Below the pieces are notes generated by a model. That model was not told the DNA's origin. It did no database searches and was given only the letters and a program-made list of their open reading frames with translations. Position numbers and translations under genes: made by a program. DNA of 64,000 nt from an uncultured Acidobacteriota bacterium (lineage in GTDB: Bacteria; Acidobacteriota; Blastocatellia; RBC074), in contig CAWCKY010000003.1 in assembly GCA_963796275.1 (NCBI GenBank), positions 1,536,001 through 1,600,000 on the forward strand, in the 5' to 3' direction. Positions 18,572-32,917 of the stretch are shown here, in pieces. Position 1 is the stretch's first letter. Every line of letters starts with the position of its first letter.

Positions 18572-19240
18572 TTAGCGATGAACAACAGCGCGGATATCCT
18601 TGCTCTCCAACACTCGCTTCGGATAACCCTGCCTGGCTACGGTTAACATTGCACGTCCGATCTGTTCTGTGGTGAGCACGTGATCAGGAAAGGCCGCCCG
18701 CATCAAGGGCAACAATGGTTTAGTAAGTGTGTAAAGAATTCGGTAGGAAGCCGTCTTGGATTTAATGCCATGGAGAGGCTCGATAATGCCCGGGCGAAAC
18801 ATATATGCTGCCGCAAAGGGCAGTCGTGAGAGCGCGTTCTCCGTCCTCCCCTTAACTCTAGCCCACCGGATCCGCCCGTTCTCTGAACTGTCAGTGCCGG
18901 CGCCTGACACATAAATAAAGGTCATCTGAGGATTGAGCCGGCATAACACTTCAGCCGCTGCCAGAGTGACTCCATAAGTCAGGCGTTCGTACTCCTCTTC
19001 TTTTATTCCGCCGGAAGAGACGCCGAGGCAGAAGAAACATGCCTCGAAGCCGGAGAGATCGTGCTCGACGGTCGCATAATTCCACAAATCCGAACGCACC
19101 ATCTCCCGCAATTTCGGGTGGCGCGCGCCAGTAGCAGATCGACCCACTGTCTGCACTAGCTGCACCTCCGTATCCAACAGGCATTCGCGCAGAACACCCT
19201 GTCCGACCATGCCGGTCCCCCCAAAGAGTAGAACGTTCAT
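18572..19240 (-). CDS. NAD(P)-binding epimerase/atypical SDR family protein
   Basis: VLLFGGTGMVGQG Rossmann motif, FFCLGVSS, WARVKGRTENAL, FRPG. Confidence 0.88.
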   Translation of the reverse strand: MNVLLFGGTGMVGQGVLRECLLDTEVQLVQTVGRSATGARHPKLREMVRSDLWNYATVEHDLSGFEACFFCLGVSSGGIKEEEYERLTYGVTLAAAEVLCRLNPQMTFIYVSGAGTDSSENGRIRWARVKGRTENALSRLPFAAAYMFRPGIIEPLHGIKSKTASYRILYTLTKPLLPLMRAAFPDHVLTTEQIGRAMLTVARQGYPKRVLESKDIRAVVHR

Positions 19241-19779
19241 TTATTAGCACCTCCTCAGCATTCTGTGACCATCCAACGGCAAGAACAAAACCAGTATCTT
19301 CTCAATTATAGTCACGGCACGCTGGTGAGGTTAGATGGATCCTGAAGGGATGCGAAAGCCTACAGAAATACGATAGACTGTTCTATCGCACCCCTCGAGG
19401 TAATACCCTTGTGTAACAGATCCGGGGCACGCTTCGCTCCAACCCTGGCTGTTTCTCTAACCGCTTCTTCGGGGGCGGGCACGGGCGTTGCGCTCGAACC
19501 CGCTGACATCGCGCTGACGGGGTAACTACCTCACACGACACCCGTTCGCAATGCTGCTTTCGCGCGTGACTCTCGCTATCATCAAGCAGTACATCTGGTC
19601 TCGATTACGGTCAAGGGAGTCTCCTGGTGATTGCGCTGGTCGGATGAACGATGCTCTGAATGGGGCGGCGAGTGGCATGGGCGCGTCGATCCTCGTTATT
19701 ATCATAGATTGCGCGCGCATCAATGTGGGTAAATAGTCGAGACTTAGAACGCGCTCGATTGAGGAGGTTACAAGTGACG

Positions 19780-20208
19780 ATGATTCAACGTGACATATTG
19801 CAGTATCTGGCGTGGGTGATCGCTATGATCGCCACCGTCGGCAGCCTTTTCTTTAGCGAGGTGATGCTACTCCCCCCCTGCGTTCTCTGTTGGTATCAGC
19901 GCATCGCAATGTACCCGCTCGTCCTGATTATCGGAAGCGGAATAATAATGCGAGACAACCGGATGAGGAATTACGCCTTGCCTGTTTGCCTGATAGGGCT
20001 GGCCGTCTCGATCTATCACAATTTACTTTATTACGGGATACTTCCGGAAAGTATTGCGCCCTGCGTTCAGGGTATTTCGTGTACTTCGAAGCAGATAGAG
20101 TGGCTCGGCTTCATCACGATTCCGCTGATGGCGCTAGCGGCCTTCGTCGGCTTGTCATTGTGTTTGCTATTTTATAGATCGGAACAAGAAGGAGAAAGAC
20201 ATGCGTAG
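19780..20208 (+). CDS. Disulfide bond formation protein, DsbB/BdbC family
   Basis: GSLFFSEV...PCVLCWYQRIAMYP, second Cys pair CVQGISC, FITIPLMAL; start at 19774 or 19780 after GAGGAGG. Confidence 0.9.
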   Translation: MIQRDILQYLAWVIAMIATVGSLFFSEVMLLPPCVLCWYQRIAMYPLVLIIGSGIIMRDNRMRNYALPVCLIGLAVSIYHNLLYYGILPESIAPCVQGISCTSKQIEWLGFITIPLMALAAFVGLSLCLLFYRSEQEGERHA

Positions 20209-20866
20209 AGAGATAAAGATTTTGGTTTTGATCGGGGTAGTCGTCGTGATTGCCGCCATGATCGGCGCAAGGCAATACCGAGAATCACTGCAGAGCGAAC
20301 GTAAATCGACTGAGGCTAACGGACCGCTCGTCCGACCGGATAGCCCGACGTTAGGACCGGCGGATGCCCCGGTAACTATAGTCGAGTTTTTAGACCCGGA
20401 ATGCGAATCGTGTCGCGCCTTCTATCCAAGGGTGAAACAGATTTTGAAAGATTACGACGGCAAGGTGAGGTTGGTAGTAAGGTTTATGCCATTACACCAA
20501 AACTCGGCGCTCGCCGCGACGTTTATAGAAGCCGCGGGGGAACAGGGAAAGTATTGGGAGATGCAGGAGATGCTGTTTTACCGGCAACCCGAGTGGGGCG
20601 AACGGCACGGGGAGCCGGAGACCACGCCGAGGGTATCGCCCGGCCCCATGTTCGAGAGGTACGCGATGGAACTGGGTCTCGACGTGGAAAAAATACGAGA
20701 CGCGGTCGCACAAAACCGTTACGCAGCGAAATTGGAGAGGGATAAAAGTGACGGGCGAAGTCTCGGGGTTACTCGAACGCCGACATTTTTCGTTAATGGC
20801 AGACAATTGGCGCGTTTCAGTGAAGAGGACTTGAGGTCTCTCATCGATGAAGAATTAGAGAAGTGA
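20201..20866 (+). CDS. DsbA family thioredoxin-domain protein
   Basis: N-terminal membrane anchor, [23 protein letters not shown]; overlaps the dsbB-like gene. Confidence 0.9.
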   Translation: MRREIKILVLIGVVVVIAAMIGARQYRESLQSERKSTEANGPLVRPDSPTLGPADAPVTIVEFLDPECESCRAFYPRVKQILKDYDGKVRLVVRFMPLHQNSALAATFIEAAGEQGKYWEMQEMLFYRQPEWGERHGEPETTPRVSPGPMFERYAMELGLDVEKIRDAVAQNRYAAKLERDKSDGRSLGVTRTPTFFVNGRQLARFSEEDLRSLIDEELEK

Positions 20867-20921
20867 GAGTTTCGGGAAGCGCGGATCAACGCTCCGCTTC
20901 TTTCTTCCTTCCTATTTGTCT

Positions 20922-21689
20922 TTACGGCTTATTCGATAAGGAGGTCTTGAGTTGTTTGATCGCTATCTCAAGCTGTTCCCTGACGCTTTCATTCTTTTCG
21001 GCAGCGAGGAGCTTATCAAGCGGTTCGATCGCTTTCCTTTCGCCCAGCTCCCCGAGCGAGAGCGCTGCTCCCGTGCGCACCGCCGGATCAGGATCGGAGA
21101 GCGCGACGATCAGAGGATCGACCGCGCGTTTATCTCCTAGCCTCCCGAGGGCAACGGTTGCGCTCGAACGCACGAAAGTGTGAGTATCGCGCAGCATCTT
21201 CAGGACAGCGTCAAACGCTTTGGCATCGCCCATATTGCCCAGGGCGGCGACAGCGCTCTCTCTGTCTTCATCGAGTTGTGAATCGAGTGCGGCGATCAGT
21301 GCTTCGCGCGCCTTCTCGCCTCCGATCATTCCGAGCGCCACTCCCGCGCTGCGGCGGTCGCGCGGGTGACTGCTGCGGAGCATGTCGATCAGCGGTTCCA
21401 CGGCCTTCACCGATCCCAATTGACCGAGACCAAGCGCGGCGGCGGCTCGCACGCTCTGATCGGCGTCCCGCAGCACGGATAGGAGAAGGTCGCCGACCGT
21501 TGGGTCCTCTATCTGGCTGATCTCTTCTACGGCTTTGCGGCGGACGTTGGCATCTTTGTCTTTGAGATCCGCGGTGAGTTTGTTCAGATCGGGTTTATCC
21601 TGCGCGGCTGTCAACCCGGAAACTGCGCTCAATTCAAGGAAAATCACGAGCGCCATGAAGAGGCAGCGGTGAAGACTTCGCTCTTTCAT
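20922..21689 (-). CDS. Secreted HEAT-repeat protein
   Basis: Signal peptide followed by repeated VRxxAAxALGxLG units. Confidence 0.85.
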   Translation of the reverse strand: MKERSLHRCLFMALVIFLELSAVSGLTAAQDKPDLNKLTADLKDKDANVRRKAVEEISQIEDPTVGDLLLSVLRDADQSVRAAAALGLGQLGSVKAVEPLIDMLRSSHPRDRRSAGVALGMIGGEKAREALIAALDSQLDEDRESAVAALGNMGDAKAFDAVLKMLRDTHTFVRSSATVALGRLGDKRAVDPLIVALSDPDPAVRTGAALSLGELGERKAIEPLDKLLAAEKNESVREQLEIAIKQLKTSLSNKP

Positions 21690-21701
21690 AGATGTCCTCG
21701 C

Positions 21702-22019
21702 TTATTTTATGGACGGCATTCGCGAGACGAACCAGGTGATAATCGCGATGAAGATCATTCCCAGGAATGTGATCGCGAGCATGATCCGGCCAGGCAACAG
21801 AACTAACGGTTTGACATCGCCCGTGCGATTCAGAGCATCGGGAGATGTCTCCGCATCGGAGCGCAAAATACCATATTCGTTGTTGGCGCTGTGAGAGGCC
21901 GAGACCGACGAAGTGTCCGCGTGAAACTTTTTCGTACTTTTTAGCCTGACCAGCCCGCCACTGATGACCTTCGACTTGCGCCGTCGTCGGTTTTCTTTGG
22001 AATTTTCAACCCGCTTCAT
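21702..22019 (-). CDS. Hypothetical protein with C-terminal TM helix
   Basis: 105 aa, basic N-terminus, hydrophobic C-terminus, co-oriented with neighbours. Confidence 0.6.
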   Translation of the reverse strand: MKRVENSKENRRRRKSKVISGGLVRLKSTKKFHADTSSVSASHSANNEYGILRSDAETSPDALNRTGDVKPLVLLPGRIMLAITFLGMIFIAIITWFVSRMPSIK

Positions 22020-22169
22020 AAGTCGCTCAATTAAAGAGGTAATGTATGGGAAAAGTAAGCGAGCCGGAGCGCGCTCGGCCTAGCGCGCATGTTAACGTCT
22101 ATAGTTTGGTCGTAAACCTTGCGCGTGAGTCTCGCGCACTCCCGGTTTGTAATGCTTTCACCCACTGCA

Positions 22170-22742
22170 TCACTGATCGTTGGATGAATTTATCATACTA
22201 CCGCCGCCCAACAGGTCGTTGATCGCTCGCAACCGGATTTTCTTCACTTCGGCTACCCCACGTTCCGTCGATTCTCGGTAGTCGTGCGATATTCCGAGCA
22301 CTATAGCATCGAGAGAGCGCGTCTGTTTGAAAATCGCCTGCTCGATCTTTTTCAGACAATTATTTCGGTCTTTGTTCTGCGATCCCGGCAGCTTGCGCGT
22401 ATAGTCGTCGGCATATCGGATCAATGCCATATAAAGGTCCATATCCTGGGCGGCTGCCTTGAACTGGCTCTCCTGGATAAGTTTATAGGCACTATCGATG
22501 CGGGCATCCGAGACCTTTAGCGTCGCTTCTACACGTCCCTTCGGTTTCTGTTCCTTTAGAATCGACTGCGATTCCGATTCGCTCAATTCTTCCGGCAGCA
22601 GACGGTCGTGCACCTGAAGCGACTGATCGAGTGCCGTCATCGACAATATCGGCGCAATTGTCAGTAGCGAAATGAAGATGGTCATCAACACCATAGCCGT
22701 ATCTCTTTTCCAGGCTGTCAAGACGGAGAATTTGTTGGACAC
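22170..22742 (-). CDS. Hypothetical exported helical protein
   Basis: 190-aa ORF with hydrophobic N-terminal segment; start uncertain. Confidence 0.65.
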   Translation of the reverse strand: MSNKFSVLTAWKRDTAMVLMTIFISLLTIAPILSMTALDQSLQVHDRLLPEELSESESQSILKEQKPKGRVEATLKVSDARIDSAYKLIQESQFKAAAQDMDLYMALIRYADDYTRKLPGSQNKDRNNCLKKIEQAIFKQTRSLDAIVLGISHDYRESTERGVAEVKKIRLRAINDLLGGGSMINSSNDQ

Positions 22743-22788
22743 CGATAAAATATCATTCCTTTATCGGTATGCCAAATAGCAGGCGGAA

Positions 22789-23334
22789 TTATTCCCGGCC
22801 TTCGGCAAGGTCGCCGATGATCGGCAGCTTGGTCCGATTACCGTGGTAAGCCTGATACATCATCCAGATGGTTCCGCCGAGGGCGATCAGCCCCAGACCG
22901 GAGGAGAGGAGGTCTTCGACAACGCCGAGCGGGAGAATGGATATTATATTGATCAAAATATTTAAAGCCACCAGCGCCACCGTGAAAAAGATCGATTGGT
23001 AGGCGTGGAACCGCACGAACGGGTCTTTGTTATAGGGTGTGAGAACCAGGAAGATAATGCCCGTGATGATAAACAGAGGATAACAGAGCATCGCCGCAAT
23101 GTTGGGCTTCAGATCCGCATTCTCGGCCGGAGATTCATAGTGAGCTTGAGAGGGCGGCTGATAGGCCGATGGGCCATAATTCGGCTGCTCCCGCGACGAT
23201 GTCTGGTAAGCCATGGTCGGGGACGTTTCCCCCTGAGGTGGTTCTGCCAGCGGTACTCCGCATTTATTACAGAACCTCGCAGTCTGGCTCACCGTAGCTC
23301 CACATTCTTTACAGATTCTCGTCATATGAATCAC
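22789..23334 (-). CDS. Zinc-ribbon plus DUF4870-like membrane protein
   Basis: CKECG...FCNKCG zinc ribbon; NIAAMLCY...FVRFHAYQS...[10 protein letters not shown]. Confidence 0.85.
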   Translation of the reverse strand: MIHMTRICKECGATVSQTARFCNKCGVPLAEPPQGETSPTMAYQTSSREQPNYGPSAYQPPSQAHYESPAENADLKPNIAAMLCYPLFIITGIIFLVLTPYNKDPFVRFHAYQSIFFTVALVALNILINIISILPLGVVEDLLSSGLGLIALGGTIWMMYQAYHGNRTKLPIIGDLAEGRE

Positions 23335-23478
23335 TCCTTATATCTCGCCCCGCCGGGGTTCCAAAACCGCATTGGGGGATCCTATTTTGCATCGTGATCG
23401 CAAGTTTTAGAAGGGCTTCAGAGCGGTAGCCGGTTCTCGGCTTTCTTGTTCTAATTGACAATCGACAAATGCTGTCAA

Positions 23479-26400
23479 TCAGAAAGACTGTCCGAATCTG
23501 ATATGAAATGCGCCGCGCGGTTGTCTTAAAATGACTCCTGAATTCGAGAGGTAAAATGGCGGGTCGATCAGGAAACCGTAATCGACGCCGATTGGTCCGA
23601 TCGGCGTGATGATGCGCAGGCCGAGGCCTACCGAATTCGTCATATTACTGAAGTCTATGTCGCCCACTCGCCGGAAGACGTTGCCCAGATCATAGAATGG
23701 CACGATACGGAAGCGCTGCGATAGAGGATATCGCAGCTCGAAGTTAAAGACCGTCAGTGCATCGCCGCCCACCGGCACGAACGTCGGCAGCTCACACGTA
23801 GGGGGAATCTCATCGCACGATCTGCCTTTGCGCGGCTCCAGGACTACCTGTGGCCCGGCAGCCTCGTACCTGAAGCCGCGCAGCGTGGTCGCCCCACCCG
23901 TGAAGAACCGTTCGGTGATCGGTAACCGTCTCTCGCTCTCGTTCTCCCCGATTATCCCATTGTCGTTGCGGTCCGATGGCCGAAACATCCGGGCGAGCCC
24001 GATGCGCGCCGAAAAAGCCAATGTCGTGTTTCCCAATAACGGAAATTGAGGATCGAGAGTTTTATAAGTCTGATATGTCCCGAAAAACTTGTTGAAGGAT
24101 TCATTACCGCCGAACAAGGTGGCGGCAATAGAATTCTCCACGCTGACGAGAGCGCCTCTGGTCGGATTTAGCACGCTGTCCCGATTGTCGCGCGTAAAGC
24201 CCACGGAGACCATCCCGAGCCGGATCGCCCGTTCATTACGCGTCACCTCAGTGTCAGGTAGAGCATCTACGTCATCACCGAACAATTTCGCGCGCTCCAG
24301 GTTGTACCGGAAACGCAACGAAGTACGGTCATCCAATTTGCGTTCGGACTGAATGAATGCTGCGAGGCGCTGGATGCCCAAATCTACATCTTCATCGCTA
24401 TCCTCTACGCTGCCATCATCGGTCAAGACGCGGGGCCTCACAAATGGCTGCAGGTCCGAATTGCGGTTGTAATAGGCGGAGACGGTCGTCGGCAACCGCC
24501 AGCCGAACGGTCGCATGTCGGTGAATGAAAGCTGGCTGAATTGTTCTATCTGGCTGGCGCGCATCCGGAGCGATAAGGAATTGAGGGTGCCGTAGAGATT
24601 CGTATTGGTGATCTCCGTCAAACCTCGGATACCGTCATCCGTCGAAAAACCCAAACCATAAACGAACATCATCGGCTTGGCTTCGGTCAGTTTGATGGTA
24701 ACTTTATGCGCTGACCCATCACCGACGATGGTTGGAACTGAGCTGATGGTGACTTCCCGAAAGGCATTGGTCGCGAACAGATCGCGTTGCGTCCGGCGGA
24801 CCTTAGCCGGGGTCAGCACATCGCCGATTTTGAAATCGAGGTAGCGGTGGACCCAATCCTCGCCGGTCTTCGTAAGCCCCGTGATTTCAATTTCGCCGAC
24901 GATTGCGCGCACTCCCTCATCGATTTTGTATACCAGAATCACGCCTTCCTCGGCCGTATCGCCCAGCTCGAGGGTGGCCTCTGCCTCAAGAAATCCTTGT
25001 TGCTCGTATAGCTGTTTGATCTCCTGTGCGCCGGCCCGCGCTCGCGGACGTGAGAATGCCTCGCCCCGTTGAATCGGGATTACCTCGCGTAACTCCTGTG
25101 CAGATATCAGAGTGTTGCCGCGCAAATTGATCCCGGCGACCGTGGATTGCGGGCCTTCGACCACATCGAAGATGACCACCAGATCATCGCTGTCGGGCTT
25201 CACACCCCAACGCGACTGAACGCGAGCGGTGCGGAACCCCAGATCGCGAAGGCCGCGGCGAATCGTCTCCTCGTCGTTTCGTAACCGGTCATTGCTGGTC
25301 AACCCGCGAACATAGCCGCCGATGAGCGGAAAGTCTTTCAGGAACGGTACGCCGCCTACCTGGCTCGCCTTCTGCGATTGTAATTGCCCCACGATATCGG
25401 GCAGCTTGATCTGATCGGTGCCTTCGATGCGGATCTCCGCCAGATCGTGTTTAGCATTCGGCTGGATATCGTAAAACACTTTCAATTTCTCTCCGCTGCA
25501 GTTTTCCGGATCGCAGCGGAAGTTGACTTCAGCGAAGAAATATCCCTGCTCCTGCAGATATTCGCGCAACCTGCTTTCGCCGAGGCGGGCAAGCGAGCGG
25601 CTGAAACCCTGTGTCATCACAGGAAGCAGTTCGCGCAATTTACTATCCTTCAGCTTCAGGTCTTCGACGGGACTGACGTTCACATCGGCTGGCGGCAGTT
25701 TCGGCCTGGCAGGGCGGTTCGAGGAGATGCCTGTGTCCGCGCCGCCACCCGGCCGCCCGAGCACATCGTCGGGACTGAATCCGAGCGAAAAACGTTTGCG
25801 GCCGCGCAGCTCGACCGTCAGCACGCCGTCATTGTCTCCCTGTCGCGCGGAGGTCCCCCCCTGCGTGAAACTCGCGAGCGCTGAAAAGCGGCTGGTGATC
25901 GTGTATTCGGCGAGCGCCGTTTGAAACTGATCCGCTGCCAGGTTCGTCGAATAGCTCAGGTAGAGATTGCGAGAAAACTGCTGACCGATGGTCAGCCGCG
26001 CCGCCGGATTCGTATTCGGGCGGATCACAGGGTCGATCTGAAAACGGCTGATTCCGAGCAATTCTTCCGTCGGTTTTGAAATAAACCCGGAGGTGACAAG
26101 CGATGCTGCCGCGCCGGCGCCCGATCGCAGAAGGTCCTGACTCGTCATTGAACCGATTTCTGCCCGCCCCGTCGTTATCAGCGCGATGACTTCATCTCTC
26201 GACAGGGACGGTTCGGACTGCAGGTTCAACTCGATCGCATCCACGGGCCCCACAAAACCGATGGTGACGCGATAACCGCCGATCTCGCTCTCGGCGGAGA
26301 GGTTGAGGAACGGCTCGCTATTACCGGCGGGAAACTCGATAGAGCCGCTGGTTATTTCATAGCGCTGCCCGCGGAAGCGCACTGTTCCACCGTCGCTTTC

Positions 26401-29400
26401 AATTCGCCCGACCGGGTCCGGATTGTTCAACGTGCCGTTCAGGTTGATCAGCGCGGAGCCGACGGCATTGATCTGCTTATTTTGAACGATGAGCGAATCG
26501 TCGGCTTCGAGGCGAATATTTAGACTGATAGGAGGGATACCCGCGCGCCGCATCCTGCCCCCACCGAATCCTCCCGATGTCAGGCCGGTCGTCCCGCCGG
26601 CGATCAGGTTGTCCAGATCGATCCTCGGCACGTACTCAGCCTGCGGAATTGTGATCGTCCCGCCCAGCGTCTGCCCTTGTTGCGTGCCGCGCAGCGACAG
26701 ATCGCCATTCGCCGTCGCGGCGATATCCTGATAATTGACTACCAGGTCTCTGCCTTTGATATTAAATCGCCATTCGCTCGGCTGCATCTGTGCAAGCCTC
26801 ACTTCACCGTTCATCTCCAGCTTCCCGTCGTTAGCATTCGCGGTGAATTGATCGAGCGCCATCCGGTCGCCTTCGAGCGTTATACTGCCGGTGCCTTCGG
26901 TAATAATTATGGGAAGATTTTTCGAGGCTAAGCCGAATTCGCTGGCATTGATTCGGCCGCTCAGTTGCGGCGCTCCGGCGGTCCCGGTCGCTTTCGCGTC
27001 GATGACCATCGTACCCGAGAACGTGTAGTCGGGAATTAGTGTCGGAAGCTGTGCGAGATTGACGGTGCCCTTGAGCGTGAAGTCTAATCCGGCATCATTC
27101 ATCAAACCGAGCGTCCCGTTGAAGCTCAGGTCGAGCCCCTGGCCGGTGATGCGGGTACCGCTGACGTTGACCTGTCTCGCTGCGAGTTCGATGGTGACGG
27201 GCGTTTCGATCTTCACCGGCGTCTCTTCCATTTCGAGCTCGACTTTAGTCAGCGTCAGCCCGCCGCGCAGTTGTTCAAAGCTCGCATTGCCGATTTCGTC
27301 TACCGTCGGACCTTCCAGACGCAGACTGCCGCTGAGTTTTCCCTCGACGTTCATCTTGAGGTTGGGCGCAAATAACTCGATTACCGGTGCGACGTTCTGG
27401 TCGACCAGATTTCCTATGATGGTAGCCGGGCGCCCGGGTTTGCGCAGCTCTATGGTGCCCCTGATCACCTCGGGTCTGTCCGGCGCCGCCGTCGTGGAGA
27501 GGATGCCAGTGACCAGGCCGAAAGACAGGCGGCCTCCATTGCCTGTCCTCGCCCCAAATCTCAGGACGCCCGCGTCGCGCCCATTGATTTTAACGTCTTT
27601 CCCTTGTGCGATCAGCCGGAGCTCGAGGCTCTCCCAATCAAGCTCGGATTTTTTATCGGCTATCGTCTTGCCGCTGACAACAAGATCGAGATTTGCGGTA
27701 CCATCCACGCGCGTATCTTTTAGCTCGAAGGCATCCACCAACGACTGAAGCGAGATTTGATCGCTCTTGCCCTGAAGCTTGAATGAAAAATCATCGAGGT
27801 TGAGTTCTCCGCTGGCGCTGAGCTGGCTCTGCGCCAGCCTCACATCCAGGTGCTCGACCTCCGCACGTTTGCCGCTGAATTTCACGCTTGCCGCGGCACT
27901 TTGCGCATCCTGATTAGCAATCCTGCCGTCTACGAGAGTTATCCGCGCCGTCCCGTTGAAATTCGCAGGCAAGCCCGCCAGATTCGCTTCACCTGAAACA
28001 TCTCCTGTAATGAATTGGCTGACATCGGGTGATCCGGCGGCGGCGAGTATCGTTGCCAGATCGACGCGATCGATAATCGCAACGATCTTCCCGCTTTCGG
28101 CTTCCTTAGCGAGCGGAGTGTTCAGATCGAATTTGAGCGAGCCGCCGTCTGTCGTGGAGATCAGGCCTTTCTCGACCCGTATCTCATCGGGCGAAATAAC
28201 GATGTGGCCCGTCAGGGCTCCGAGCAGCGCATCGCGTAATCCGATGGTTGCCGCGTTCACATCGCCTTCAATGATCGCTTTCTCCAGACGGCCGGAGAGA
28301 CGGCCATCGAATTTAAGGTCGCCGATGATCTGCGGTTCGTATTCGGCGATGTATGGGCGAGCGGCTTCGATCGACCTCGCGATCTGGAGGAACTGTTCAG
28401 CCTGCGTTGAGTTGAGCGAGACCCGAAAATCAGATTCTCCATCGATGGAGAGCTTGCCTCCGGCCAGGAGCTTCGACGCATCGGTCGATAGCTGTAACTC
28501 GCCAATCTCGAATACGCCATCGTGCGCCTTGACCGCGACTCGACCGGTGACGGGTATGGCATCGACGGAATCCGGAGCATCGCTCGCCTTGCCGTCAAAG
28601 CTGGCATTGATGGTGCCCGCGAGTGTGCGCAGATCGGCGCCGCTGATGCTGACTTCGGCATCCCCGCTGATCTTACCCATCAGCGGGACCTTATTGCCCG
28701 CGGAGTTCTCGGCTGCAATCAGGGAAAAGACATCATTCGTCTGAATGTCGATGAAGCTCGCTTTCGCCCGGGACGCCGCGCCGCGACCGAGCGGCAGCGT
28801 ATACTCGCCCGAAACGGAGCCGCCCAGCAGCTCTGCTTTTATGCCGTTCAGCGTGAGAGCCGAGTTGTCGAAAACCGCCTGCGTCGTCGCGTTACTGAAA
28901 TTGACTCCCGCGATCGCACCCTGATTGAGTCTCGCCCCGGCCTTCACTTGATAACGCAGGCTCCGGTCGCTCGGGTTGAGAGATATGGTCAGGCCATTGA
29001 GCGTCAGATTCGAGAGCTTGCTGTCCGGCCATTCGACCATGGCGATGTGAGCGTTGGATGCGTTCGCTTGAGCACGGCCAGAGTTATAATCTCCTTTGAA
29101 ATTATCGATGGCGATGCTCCCGATCCGCAGCCTGTCAACCGTCGCAGACTCGGCGCGCACCCGGCTGCTGGCGAAATCTACGCCATTTTCTCGCGATTCC
29201 ACGTTGAACTGTGCAATCTGAACGCCGCGCAGCCTGGTAGTCGCTACCGCCATCTCGTCCGCATTCAAACCGCCGTTGATCTTATAAATCGCGCCTTCAC
29301 CCTCGATCCGTCCTTTGGCGGATGCATGGCCATTCATTGTGGCATCGGCCAGAAAGAGGCGAGCAGCTTCCTCGAGCTTCACCCGTGAATCAAAATCGAA

Positions 29401-30220
29401 GCCATAACGGAAAGCTTTCCAGTCATCGATCTTTCCGTTGGCCGCCAGTTCGGCGATTCCCGCTTTCAGATTGAGATGATCGAATCGGGCGCCTTCTTCG
29501 GAGATATAGCCCGCGAGGCTGAGCTTATCGATTGCGGTCTCTCTGTTCTGATAACTTAAACGGCCGCCCGCGCCCTCCAATTGAAGCGCCATAGTTACCG
29601 GAGCTGCTGCGTGCGGTCGCGCTGCGATTCGGATTCCGGTTAAATCTGTCTCGATCCTGCGGGCGCGGTCTTTCACGTGGATCGCGCTATCCGTGATCGT
29701 CGCCAGCAGTTGCGAGTAGTCGACAGTGATCCGTTCCTTGGGAGAGCGCGCGCTGCGCAATCGCTTGATGTTTGCCCGCCCCTGCTCGTCGATTTCGAGA
29801 TATAGATCGACGCCTTCGAGGTTCAAGCTTTTGAGGACTATCTCACGGCTAAGACTCAGGGCATAGGGCTCGCGGATATCGACGTCCACCTCCACCAGTT
29901 TGAGCGAGGCAATGAGTTGTCCGGTCTCATCATTAAAGATCTTAAAATCGGATAGCCGAGCGGTCTGGGCCTTGAGCGAAATCTTCGTTCCCCCGATCTC
30001 GCTGCGCAGCCCGTAATCTTTCAACGCGGCGTTTAGCTGTTCCGCGACAAGCCGGTTGAATGATTCAGAGCGAACATATACCCATGCGGCAATACCGGTA
30101 CATGCCGATCAGAAGAATGAGTGCCGCGAGCGCAATCAGCGCCCGCTTCAGGGTAGGCAGATACTTACTCCGTGGCACAGATGGGGGTGTGTCAGGTTGT
30201 TCTGAAGATGTGAACTCCAT
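23479..30220 (-). CDS. TamB/AsmA-like protein fused to POTRA domains and an Omp85 (BamA/TamA-like) beta-barrel; one-base frameshift at ~30100
   Basis: 2181-aa ORF 23479..30024: beta-taco repeats, TamB C-terminal signature (LQSEPSLSRDEVIALITTG...RLTIGQQFSRNLYLSYS), POTRA motifs (YLQEQGYFFAEV, LYEQQGFLEAE), ERFFTGGATTLRGF, terminal FGQSF. ATG 30220 encodes the TM anchor in a shifted frame. Confidence 0.88.
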
Positions 30221-30472
30221 CCTTCTCTAAAAACTAAAATACAAAATCAGTGAGATTTTATATCGGGGGTACCACCCTATTCTTTTACAAAGCACGGCGA
30301 TGTTCAAGTCACCGGATGTGATATGGCAGATTCACCTCAAAATTTACAAATGTAAAGATAAAGAAGAGTTTATTTCTTCTTTCATCGTGGTTTTGTTGAG
30401 AGAGTTCTGTTATGAATCGCTTTACTCTCTTGTTTGTAAATTTGCGAGTTCCGAGATTAAAGTTGCCACCTG

Positions 30473-32434
<1,962 letters not shown>

Positions 32435-32509
32435 AAAATCAGCTTGCCGCGCCCATTTTCCCTGCTGCTTCGCTCCTTTTTCTCCGAACCCTCCGAAATC
32501 TATATCTAA

Positions 32510-32614
32510 TCCAGTAATATGGACGAATTTTCTCGTATGGCTTTCAATATAATGGCTGGAAATCCATTTAAATCATTGTTAAAATTACTGCTTTCAACTG
32601 GCATCTAATTTGCC
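32510..32614 (+). promoter_or_regulatory. sigma54 promoter plus upstream palindrome for TonB-dependent receptor 1
   Basis: TGGCATCTAATTTGC (32599-32613, GG-N10-GC); TCCAGTAATATGGA at 32510-32523. Confidence 0.75.
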
Positions 32615-32917
32615 AAATCATTTTTGATCCATCAACTCATAAAGTTATTTAATTAGTACAATTAAAACACGAGAAGTCGAAAGAGAAGAAATTTCGAGTT
32701 CGTCGCATATGCATTCATAAGGTCGTTGCTCTCTTGTTCCAGTGTTACCTCACGATCCACTAGATAGATGTGTAGAGGTGTGTGTTGCCTCCTCGGAGAC
32801 ATTTTACCATCGGTTAACGACAGGAGCAGAGTTTAGTGCGGTCCTAAGCGTTGCTGTATTTCAGATACTCGATGAAATCAGTAACTATCAACGGTTGAAT
32901 GAAAGGATTTCCCTAAC

